This document shows positions 8,843 through 17,103 of a DNA stretch of 64,000 nt, piece after piece. Origin of the DNA: Promethearchaeia archaeon (lineage in GTDB: Archaea > Asgardarchaeota > Lokiarchaeia > Sigyniarchaeales > SOKP01); the NCBI GenBank assembly GCA_046483985.1, contig JAWOCD010000040.1, positions 56,409 through 120,408 of the forward strand, read 5' to 3'. The notes below the pieces were generated by a model. It was given only the letters and a program-made list of their open reading frames with translations. It had not been told where the DNA came from and ran no database searches. How positions within the stretch are numbered: position 1 is the first letter of the stretch; every line of letters starts with the position of its first letter. Made by a program: the position numbers and the translations under genes.

Positions 8843-8953
8843 TATGCATTAATACGCATAGATGCATAAAGTTTCTCTCTTATATTTTAAATTCCTTAAA
8901 CTTATATTAGAATAAGAATATTTTTAATTTGAATATATGTAAAATAATACATA
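8843..8953. promoter_or_regulatory. Two candidate ArsR operator inverted repeats in the divergent promoter region
   Basis: TATGCA-N6-CGCATA (8843-8860) and TATGTA-N6-TACATA (8936-8953); same 6-6-6 geometry, one near each divergent start. Confidence 0.55.
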
Positions 8954-8964
8954 CATAAATCAAA

Positions 8965-9288
8965 ATGGATCTAAAACCACTAAAAATAAAAACATTAAAA
9001 GCATTATCGGATGAAACAAGATTAGAGATAATAAGTCTTCTACGTCATGGTGAGGAGCTTTGTGGATGTGAGCTCGAAAAGGTAATTGATAAATCCCAAT
9101 CGACAATCTCCAGACATTTAAAGAAACTTGAAGAGGCAGATTTGGTCGAAAGGCGAAGAGAAGGAGTTAAAGTACTTTATAGAATTAAAGATCCTAAGAT
9201 ATACAAATTACTAGCTGTTCTTAATAATTTAATAAAAAGGAACAATAAATTTAAAAAAATCGTAGAACTTCAAAAAGAAATAAAATAA
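8965..9288 (+). CDS. ArsR/SmtB-family metalloregulator
   Basis: 'KALSDETRLEII...ELCGCEL...SQSTISRHLKKL...G...Y'; ELCxC alpha3 metal site. Confidence 0.92.
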   Translation: MDLKPLKIKTLKALSDETRLEIISLLRHGEELCGCELEKVIDKSQSTISRHLKKLEEADLVERRREGVKVLYRIKDPKIYKLLAVLNNLIKRNNKFKKIVELQKEIK

Positions 9289-9300
9289 ACAAAAGGTGGA

Positions 9301-9582
9301 ATGATTAAATTGAAAGAAAATGAGAAATTAAAGATCGATATTTATGTGCCATTAAATGTTTGCTCGTGCCAATGGGAGGGTTTTATGAACTCTATATTTG
9401 CAGAGCTTAAAAAATACAAGGAGCATATTGATTTCCAAACAAAAAATCTTAAATCTGAAGAAGCAAGGAAATTAAATTTGCATGGAAATAGTGTAGTTAT
9501 TAATGATGAGGAAGTCGTTAAATCTTCGTTTAATCTCAAGAGAAAATTACCGAAAATCTTAGAAGAAAAGGGCTTGATTTAA
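9301..9582 (+). CDS. Small thioredoxin-fold-like protein with CxC motif
   Basis: 'KIDIYVPLNVCSCQW...SVVINDE'; in the arsR operon. Confidence 0.5.
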   Translation: MIKLKENEKLKIDIYVPLNVCSCQWEGFMNSIFAELKKYKEHIDFQTKNLKSEEARKLNLHGNSVVINDEEVVKSSFNLKRKLPKILEEKGLI

Positions 9583-9584
9583 AG

Positions 9585-10046
9585 TTGAATGAACACAAAA
9601 AAAGTCTTGATAATATAGTTTTAATTCCTTGTTCTGGGTCTGAATATAATGGGGAATTAGCCCGCCAAGTAGCTATTAGATTAAATGACGAGGGAGTTAT
9701 TTCCAAAAATAGTTCTATGTTATGTTCGACTACATTTTTAAAAAACATCTTGCTCGAAAAACAATCCTTGGTGGATATCACAAAAAATAATCTTAAATCA
9801 AGTTTTCTTATTGTAATAGAGGGATGTAAAAGTTCGTGTAAAAGTCTTATCCTTAAACAATTAGGGATAAACCCCGATATGATTTTTCACGTAGATCAAA
9901 TTGTACCCAAAGAAAGATTAAATCTGAGTGATCTTGAGGTCTTTAAAAACCGTCCTCGACTCAGTAATATTAAAAAAGACGATATCTCAAAAATGGTTGA
10001 TTATATTATAAAGAGTCTAAAAGAAAAGGGATATAATCTTAATTAA
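9585..10046 (+). CDS. DGC-domain protein
   Basis: 'LIPCSGSEYNGELARQVA...C...VIEGCKSSC'. Confidence 0.75.
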   Translation: MNEHKKSLDNIVLIPCSGSEYNGELARQVAIRLNDEGVISKNSSMLCSTTFLKNILLEKQSLVDITKNNLKSSFLIVIEGCKSSCKSLILKQLGINPDMIFHVDQIVPKERLNLSDLEVFKNRPRLSNIKKDDISKMVDYIIKSLKEKGYNLN

Positions 10047-10062
10047 ACGATTCGGAGTTTAC

Positions 10063-10100
10063 CACTAGAGTGCGAGAAAGCACCGTCCTTTGTTGTTCAA
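10063..10100 (+). mobile_element. Minimal IS200/IS605-derived element (left-end fragment joined to TTCAA right end)
   Basis: CACTAGAGTGCGAGAAAGCACCGT nearly identical to 14466-14489; ends GTTCAA like the other right ends. Confidence 0.6.
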
Positions 10101-10134
10101 TTAATATAAATGGATACATTATAGGTCGAAAAAG

Positions 10135-10785
10135 TTGGAAGTCAATTTTTTAGTAGCTTTTTTAGCAGGATTAGTAATCGGAGCAACACCTTGTATTTTG
10201 TTAATGCTTAGTGCTTTTGGATCCTCTTTAATATTAAGGGGAGAACGAAAAAATTTCATTAATATTTCCCTCGGTTTATTGTCAGGTTTTGTACTTGGAT
10301 ATATATTTATTTCCATTATCTTTTTATTTTTTGTGCCAATGTTTGAGATGCTCTATTATTTCAAATATATATTTGCGGGAATCTTGATTTTTATAGGAAT
10401 TTGGCAAATTCTTGATTATAAAAATGAGGACAGCAGAGTTTTTAGTACACCCCAAAAGGTAAAATCAGTATTGAAAAATTTTATTAAAAAAAGAACAGGG
10501 ACTTATGCGCTTTTAGTTGGAATCATATTTGTCTTTATTAAAATGCCTTGTTTTGGCGGTGTATATTTGTCCCTTCTTTATAATCTGCATAAAAACCCTC
10601 TTCTTTATGTATTTATAATGTGGTATATAATAGGTATGTTAATGCCTATCACTCTGATCTTGATTTTACTCCGATTAGGTTTAAAATATAAAAAAATTAA
10701 TAATTTCAGATTAAAATATCGGCCATATTTGAGGTTATTAAGTGGAGGAGTTTTAGTATTTCTTGCAATCTATTTACTGATATAG
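10135..10785 (+). CDS. CcdA/DsbD-family transmembrane thiol-redox protein
   Basis: About 6 TM helices with 'TPC' and 'MPC' membrane cysteines. Confidence 0.8.
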   Translation: MEVNFLVAFLAGLVIGATPCILLMLSAFGSSLILRGERKNFINISLGLLSGFVLGYIFISIIFLFFVPMFEMLYYFKYIFAGILIFIGIWQILDYKNEDSRVFSTPQKVKSVLKNFIKKRTGTYALLVGIIFVFIKMPCFGGVYLSLLYNLHKNPLLYVFIMWYIIGMLMPITLILILLRLGLKYKKINNFRLKYRPYLRLLSGGVLVFLAIYLLI

Positions 10786-10786
10786 G

Positions 10787-10818
10787 TTGAACTATTCACG
10801 CCTAAAGGCGTGAGATAC
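10787..10818 (-). mobile_element. Solo IS200/IS605 right-end hairpin
   Basis: TTGAACTATTCACGCC-TAAA-GGCGTGAGAT, a close match to the right end of the tnpB remnant at 45611-45640. Confidence 0.65.
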
Positions 10819-10961
10819 ATATACACTATTGGGTGATCATTACATTTATTTTTCTAATTTTGATTCTGGACCATATAAATCTCAAAGGTTTATTAAACTC
10901 GTGGACACAATTTATAATTAGTAGAAACTTAATTGAATAATCTAATTTTGAGGAGAAGATC

Positions 10962-13900
10962 ATGCTTTCCGAAGACACAATAATATTGTTCGGAATTACC
11001 CCTGGGGTTACCGAATTCCGAAAAGTTTATAATATGCTCAAGTATTTTATGAAGGAAAAGAAGGAAATCGACTATAATGACAGATTTAACATCATCTTTT
11101 TTACTGGTGAGGGGCCCAAGTATTTTGAGGATTTTACTTTAAATCCCGCTCATCTATTAGAGACCCTTAGTGACTCGAAGTCCGAGATAATAGAGGCGGA
11201 TATTGCGGGGGGTATCTTTATCTCTGCTATGTACGTTGTTGAAGTATTTCAGAAGATCTCGGGGAAGTGCTTTCGAATGATTATTCTTTCCGATTCGGGA
11301 TCAAAAAAAATTCCTGAAAAACAAATGTCCTTTCTCTCCGATTTGTTAGAAAAAATTACGGATATACCATTCATTATGGACGCCGTTCGAATAGATGGGG
11401 ATGACCCCCGAGATGATTTACGATTGATGAAATTAGCGCGACGGACTGGAGGAGATCTTTATGAGATTGACGAAATAGATCAAGAAGCTGCAGAAGCGGA
11501 AACCTCTGCTAAGGAAAAGGAGAAAACGGTAATCGAAATGCTTGGAAAGTTATCCCGAACTCCACTCAATCTTGCCAAGAAACTGAAAAAAGAAGTACAA
11601 GAAGAGGAAATGCAGGAAAAAGAACAATTCAGCGACCTCCAAGATGTCTTAAATCATCTAAAGGGCAAAAAGAAGGTGGAAGCCGAATTATTTGAGGTAA
11701 ATAATATGGAAGATATTCCTCCAAAAAAAAGGGTATTTTATGAGGGATTAGGCGAGCCCCTTCAGCCAGTAGGCGGGGAAGGAAATAAACGGTGCATGAT
11801 CTGCTTCACGTCTTTAAAAAATCAAGAGTTACTAAAGTGCCCCAATTGTAAGAATATTGCACATAAAATCTGCTTTGCCATCTGGGCAAAGAAATCAAAC
11901 ATAGGCATTCCCCACATATTTCGATGTCCTAATTGCTATAGTTTAATTAAAATGGACAGCGATTTAATTAAAAAGGTAAATAGAGTGAAAACGCCCACCA
12001 TTGAGGTGTGTAAGGATCTTGAAAACGTTTGCTTGGAAGAATACTTGGAATCCTTGGAATCTCCCGAAGGACCTAAAGTGATTACCTCAGAGGAAGGGAG
12101 TTTTAGTGAAGTGGAAGAAGAGACGGAAGAAGAATCCAAACAGAAAGTGGAAACGGAAGGAGTATCTAAAAGGGCAGAAACAGATGATAAAGAATTGAAA
12201 ATGATATGGTGTCCCAAGTGTGGAAAGATGATTACCAATGAATATAATCGCTGTCCACAGTGTGGATATAAATTAAGAAAAGTAAAACCGAGCGAAGGGA
12301 GGGAAGCAGCATCACAACGGCAAGAAGAAGCAGAGATTTTATCACAAATTAGTGAACTAAAGGTCAAGGAAAAAAGCGATCTAAAGGCCAAAAATCACAG
12401 GCAAGCAATTCAAAAAGCCCAGAAGATTAGAAAGTTGGCCAAACAGTTGGGAAAAGAAGAAATGGTACAAGAACAAGAAAACTTTATAGAGAAAGTAGAG
12501 GAAGAACGGAACCTTGGAGAGATGAGGAAAGATTACAATAGGAAATTCAGTTATTTAAAGAATAAAGTCAGCAATTTACTTAAACACAATGCCATTTCCA
12601 AAGCCTATCAAGCTGTAGAGGATTTCTCTGTACAAAATGAGGATTTAATTTCATCTCTTGCAACCCCCGAATATGAAAAATTTAAAACAAAGATTACAGA
12701 TCTGTATCAAGGAAAAGGTAAACAAGAGAAGAAAAAGACCAAAACAGGAGGGATAAAACAAGTAAGTAGTCAAGCAACTGAAGAAGATATTTGGGAAAAA
12801 TTGGATGAAAAGGAAGGCGAGATTAAATCAAAGATAGGGGAAATAACAAAATTAAACGAAGCTCGGAAACAAATCTCTCAAAAAGTTGAAAATCACGAAT
12901 ATGATGGAGCCATCAAAATTTTAAACTCCGCGATTGATGACATAAGCAGTCAAGAACTTGCAGAATATAAGAGGAGTTTGCAAGAAAAAAAAGCAAAAAT
13001 TCGGAGAAAAAAGAAAAAGCATAACAACTTGTCCAAAAAAATAACAAAGGAACAAAAGAAATATGAGAAGAATCATAAGAAAGATAATCTTTACGCTGCA
13101 TTAAATTACGCCACGAATGTGAAATTGTTGGCAGGACAATTACAAAACGCTGAACTTAAAGAAAAGTATTCCGAAATTGAGAAAGATCTCGTAGAGGAAA
13201 TAGAGGATCAAAAGGAAAAAGATGTCGTTGAAGGAGACGAATTGGAGGAGGACCTGAAATCCTTGGAAGATACCATTAAGATCGAGTATTTTGACGATGA
13301 CCTTATCCCAATTATAAAAAAATACCATTTAGACGAATTAGAACAGAAACACGCGAACTCGGAAAAGATTATTAAGGTTGCTTCCAAACGTTTAAAAGAA
13401 AATCGTAATAAGATGAAAGAAAAAATAACGCAAGAGCTTATAGTATACTCTTCGAATGGTGAAGTTTTCCAAAAGCAAGCCCAACTCGGAATTGAGAGAA
13501 TAGAAAAGAGCAAAAAAGTCAAAAAGGACGTATTCAAAAAGATCGTAGAGTATAAAATAGAGTATAAGCCCAATTTCTCTGCGAAAAGAATTGAAGATCT
13601 AACAATTCAATTGAAGGTACCCTATCACTTCAAATTAACATCGCTTTTTATTCACGAGCAAGAATTTATCAATTTAGCGATAAAACAACCAACTAAAGGT
13701 GGATTAAAATATTCTTTTATATTGGAGGATTTATCCCTTTCACGGGGATTCTCCATTCATTACCAGTTGGAGAGACATATTTCAAGGATTTTGCTCTTTA
13801 CAAAAAAGAACTATCTGTACATGATCAAGTGCTTTTATAACGTTTCAGTCCCTTCAAGTGAAGCAAGCTCGAAGATTTTATTGCCCTTCGATATTAATGA

Positions 13901-14228
13901 TGCACAGGATTTTAATTGGTTAATCATCGAAGATATATTTCCAATAAATTACAGCCCAGTTATTCTTGAACCAGAAAACTTGGAATGCGCAGAATCCTCT
14001 CTGGACGAAAAGGGAAAATTAGTCGGTTGGATTTTGGAAAATTTATCCGCGGGCACTCACTTATTTCAATATTTATTAGTTTCACCAGAGAAACTCGCAT
14101 TACTAACCAATTATCTTCAGAAAAAGCTTCAAAATGCAGATGCATTTTTACAACACGGGAATCTCATAGGTTTCAAAAAAAATGTGGAGGAGCTCAGTTC
14201 GATCATCCGTAAAGAGCTAAAATCATAA
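10962..14228 (+). CDS. Large vWA-like + C4HC3 (PHD/RING-variant) finger + C4 Zn-ribbon + coiled-coil + beta-rich C-terminal protein
   Basis: vWA-like N-terminus ('DRFNIIFF','FRMIILSD','LMKLARRTGG'); CMIC...CPNCKNIAHKIC..W...CPNC; WCPKC...CPQC; long K/E-rich helical region. Confidence 0.65.
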   Translation: MLSEDTIILFGITPGVTEFRKVYNMLKYFMKEKKEIDYNDRFNIIFFTGEGPKYFEDFTLNPAHLLETLSDSKSEIIEADIAGGIFISAMYVVEVFQKISGKCFRMIILSDSGSKKIPEKQMSFLSDLLEKITDIPFIMDAVRIDGDDPRDDLRLMKLARRTGGDLYEIDEIDQEAAEAETSAKEKEKTVIEMLGKLSRTPLNLAKKLKKEVQEEEMQEKEQFSDLQDVLNHLKGKKKVEAELFEVNNMEDIPPKKRVFYEGLGEPLQPVGGEGNKRCMICFTSLKNQELLKCPNCKNIAHKICFAIWAKKSNIGIPHIFRCPNCYSLIKMDSDLIKKVNRVKTPTIEVCKDLENVCLEEYLESLESPEGPKVITSEEGSFSEVEEETEEESKQKVETEGVSKRAETDDKELKMIWCPKCGKMITNEYNRCPQCGYKLRKVKPSEGREAASQRQEEAEILSQISELKVKEKSDLKAKNHRQAIQKAQKIRKLAKQLGKEEMVQEQENFIEKVEEERNLGEMRKDYNRKFSYLKNKVSNLLKHNAISKAYQAVEDFSVQNEDLISSLATPEYEKFKTKITDLYQGKGKQEKKKTKTGGIKQVSSQATEEDIWEKLDEKEGEIKSKIGEITKLNEARKQISQKVENHEYDGAIKILNSAIDDISSQELAEYKRSLQEKKAKIRRKKKKHNNLSKKITKEQKKYEKNHKKDNLYAALNYATNVKLLAGQLQNAELKEKYSEIEKDLVEEIEDQKEKDVVEGDELEEDLKSLEDTIKIEYFDDDLIPIIKKYHLDELEQKHANSEKIIKVASKRLKENRNKMKEKITQELIVYSSNGEVFQKQAQLGIERIEKSKKVKKDVFKKIVEYKIEYKPNFSAKRIEDLTIQLKVPYHFKLTSLFIHEQEFINLAIKQPTKGGLKYSFILEDLSLSRGFSIHYQLERHISRILLFTKKNYLYMIKCFYNVSVPSSEASSKILLPFDINDAQDFNWLIIEDIFPINYSPVILEPENLECAESSLDEKGKLVGWILENLSAGTHLFQYLLVSPEKLALLTNYLQKKLQNADAFLQHGNLIGFKKNVEELSSIIRKELKS

Positions 14229-14387
14229 AGTTCGCACCAAATAAGGAAGAGCAGATACCCAAAAGTACCATTCACGGTATCTATGAAGGTATAGCAAGAG
14301 AGGAGGAGTCTTTTCTCACAGAGAGTGTGTATTTATCTACATCCTCAGCTAATCTAACTTCAAGAGATTCCCTGAAATATTGTTGTC

Positions 14388-14444
14388 GATGCATTTTTGA
14401 AAAGAGAGGAATTTATAGATTTCAAAAAAAACATAAAAGGTTAA
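14388..14444 (+). repeat. Degenerate duplicate of the 3' end of the 10962..14228 gene
   Basis: Encodes DAFLKREEFIDFKKNIKG*, versus DAFLQHGNLIGFKKNVEE starting at 14139; same spacing. Confidence 0.5.
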
Positions 14445-14465
14445 AATAATAAACTCCCATTTAAC

Positions 14466-14684
14466 CGTTAGAGTGCGAGAAAACACCGTTTTTCAAGGCG
14501 TTGATGAATCGCACATATATTTATAAAAGAGCGCTACTATAATGTAATTGATGGACGATAACCAAGTTCATCTCCAACCGTAGGGACTACGGGGCTGGCG
14601 TTTGGAGAAGATGTCAGACTGATGGTATGTCAGCAATCTTTGATGAATTACGAATCCATCGCCCTTTAGGGTGTGGTGGTTCAA
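14466..14684 (+). mobile_element. Non-autonomous IS200/IS605 derivative retaining left end and a TnpB omegaRNA-like right end
   Basis: Left hairpin 'GTGCGAGAAAACACCGTTTTTCAAGGCGTTGATGAATCGCAC'; 'ACCGTAGGGACTACGGGG...GGAGA...GAATCCATCGCCCTTTAGGGTGTGGTGGTTCAA' resembles the sequence usually found 3' of tnpB; no ORF. Confidence 0.75.
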
Positions 14685-14731
14685 ATGTTAAACACAAATT
14701 TTAAAGCAAATTTTTTTCTGAATTGTGATTT

Positions 14732-15898
14732 ATGATGGAAAATACCCGCAGTGAAGATACCCTTATATTCAGTGGTTTAACCCCTGGGATTACAAAGATG
14801 AATGAGATTTATGAGTCCCTAGAGCATTTTTGTAAAATTAAAAAGCAAAATGACCCAAGTGAGCGATTTAATCTCATTATCTTTCAAAAAGATGGACCCA
14901 ATTATTTAGAGAAATTCACTCTTAAACCAGAGAATATAGTAGTCGCTCTAAAATCCCTAGAGCCGATGATTGTTCGGGCAAACATCGCAGGCGGAATTAT
15001 GGTGGCAATTACCTTTATTATTGATGTATTTAAACGAATCCCAGAAAAAACTTTCCGGCTTATTATCCTCACGGATAAAGGTTCACTTAAAATTCCGGAG
15101 AATTATATCCCTGTTTTAAATAATCTAATTGATAAGGTAAAGGATATGCCTTTTTTTATCGATATTGTGCGGCTCGATATCGATGACCCTCGAGAGGATC
15201 TCAAGTTAATGAAACTTGCACGTAGAGCAAATGGAGATATTCATGAAATCAATGATCCAGAATCCTTATCAGCAATTTTGGAAGTGCTTGCTCTGAAGCG
15301 GGAATTAACCTACGAAATCGGAGCAAGAGATCAAGACCTTGAAATCCCAAAGGAAAATCGACCCTTTTATGAAAATCTTGCCGATGAGCCGGTGCCTGTT
15401 TCTAAGGAAGATAATCTCACTTGTTCAATTTGCTTTCAGCAAGAAAAAGCGGAACTGGTCAAATGTCCGAGTTGTAATACCGTTGCCCATAAAAGTTGCT
15501 GGGCAAAATGGGCAAAAAACTCACAAATAGGAATATTTAACGTGTTTCGTTGTCATAATTGCTTTAATCTATTAAAGTTCGATGAAGAATATGTTTTTGC
15601 GATTCAATCGGGAAAGGAGCCAGCTTTAGAAGAGGAAAAAGTGAAGGTCATTGAGGTGCAAAAATACTTAGAAGATTTAGAAACTGATGAGGGGCCAGAG
15701 ATAGTGCAAGTAGAGGATCCAATACCGGTTCCCGGGGAAGATACTGGTTTCCAATTTGAAGAGGAAGAAGAGGACGATTATATTCCTTTGAATGATGAGG
15801 AGGTTAGAATAATCTGGTGTCCTCACTGTAATACCATAACTTCGAACGAATATCGGAAGTGTCCTAACTGCGGATGGTCTTTAAAAGATGTAGATTAA
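14732..15898 (+). CDS. vWA-like + C4HC3 finger + C4 Zn-ribbon protein (short paralog of 10962..14228)
   Basis: Colinear similarity with the first ~440 aa of the upstream gene ('EDT..F.G.TPG','DDPRxDLxLMKLARR','WAK.S.IGI..xFRCxNC','IWCPxC...NEY..CPxCG'). Confidence 0.7.
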   Translation: MMENTRSEDTLIFSGLTPGITKMNEIYESLEHFCKIKKQNDPSERFNLIIFQKDGPNYLEKFTLKPENIVVALKSLEPMIVRANIAGGIMVAITFIIDVFKRIPEKTFRLIILTDKGSLKIPENYIPVLNNLIDKVKDMPFFIDIVRLDIDDPREDLKLMKLARRANGDIHEINDPESLSAILEVLALKRELTYEIGARDQDLEIPKENRPFYENLADEPVPVSKEDNLTCSICFQQEKAELVKCPSCNTVAHKSCWAKWAKNSQIGIFNVFRCHNCFNLLKFDEEYVFAIQSGKEPALEEEKVKVIEVQKYLEDLETDEGPEIVQVEDPIPVPGEDTGFQFEEEEEDDYIPLNDEEVRIIWCPHCNTITSNEYRKCPNCGWSLKDVD

Positions 15899-16475
15899 TA
15901 TGTCATTTTTATTTTTTGAAAATTTTGTGAATTGCCAACTTTTAGAGATCTTAATGTATTTGATTAAGAAAAAAAATTACTATTTGCTGCATCTATATCA
16001 GATATTATGCTTTTAGAACGATAGTATTATTATTTTTTACAGGAAAAGACGAAAATACCCGAAAACTGAAAGAGCATAAAGTTTTAAGCGGGCAAAGATT
16101 TTATTCCCACGGAAGAGAAGAAACGGAAAAAATAGAATTTTTATCGAATTATTTGAGAGTTTTTTTCCGAATGAATCGACAAAATTCCTAATCTTTTTCT
16201 TATTAATGACGGAAAAAGTCAGAAAATCTGAAAAAAATATCAAAAATAATAATTTCATTTTAAAATAAGTACTGAATAATTAGTCTAAAAGATTTTTTTG
16301 GGGGAATTCCGAATTTCGTAAAAATAGGTTCAAAAAAGTTAGTATATCAAGGAGATTGCCATTTTGCGTAGGTTTGGTTAAGAATCTTAGTCCAATAGAT
16401 TTATATATGCGAATATTCTAAATAAATAGTAGAAACAAAAAATTAAATAAAAAATTAGGAGGTTGAAAATAAAAA

Positions 16476-16832
16476 ATGTTTCAGAAAAAAAACAAACAAG
16501 AAGCTAAAATTGAACGAAAAGAAGTTCAATTATCCGATGAACAGAGATCAAGGGTATACAAATTAGCGCAAAATGTCCCTCAAAGAACTCGAGATGAAAT
16601 ATGTCCTGCAATCTTAAATATCTTATTGAAAACGGAAAAGGGTCCTCTCAAGAATGAGTTAGGAAAAGTAATCTTTCATCTTCAAAAACAAGAACGATTA
16701 AATACTGTTATTGGACTCGAGAAACTATTAGATGGCGCATTAAAAGTGGCACCTCAGGAATTATTTGATCTTCTTGAACATGGAGATAAATCTGCTGAGA
16801 GATTAGCTCAAGAAATAAAACAAGTTCTCTAA
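16476..16832 (+). CDS. Hypothetical protein
   Basis: 118-aa ORF with GGAGG SD; no recognised motif. Confidence 0.65.
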   Translation: MFQKKNKQEAKIERKEVQLSDEQRSRVYKLAQNVPQRTRDEICPAILNILLKTEKGPLKNELGKVIFHLQKQERLNTVIGLEKLLDGALKVAPQELFDLLEHGDKSAERLAQEIKQVL

Positions 16833-17103
16833 AAAATTTTTAGTTTTTCTTTTCTATTTTTATTAAGTTGTCGTATCAGAAATCATTCTGAGCCCAGTCT
16901 TCTCCGTCTTCTTCTCTGGAGATACTCTGTAAAGGACTCCAAGAACTCTTGTTCGGAAGATCAATCTCTCAAAAAGACCAGATCAGTTAATACATCTTCG
17001 ATTTTTTTTGCGAACTTTTTTTGGATGAGTTATTATCTTTTTTTCTTGCTTTCTCTAACATCTTATTCAAAAAATTTTTAAATATTTTAGTTATTTCATT
17101 AAT

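Noticed and set aside
16865-17061. Protein-like minus-strand fragments (MLEKARKK...; ...EFLESFTEYLQRRRRRR)
   Set aside because: Broken by frameshift and stops with no recognisable family; cannot support a call.
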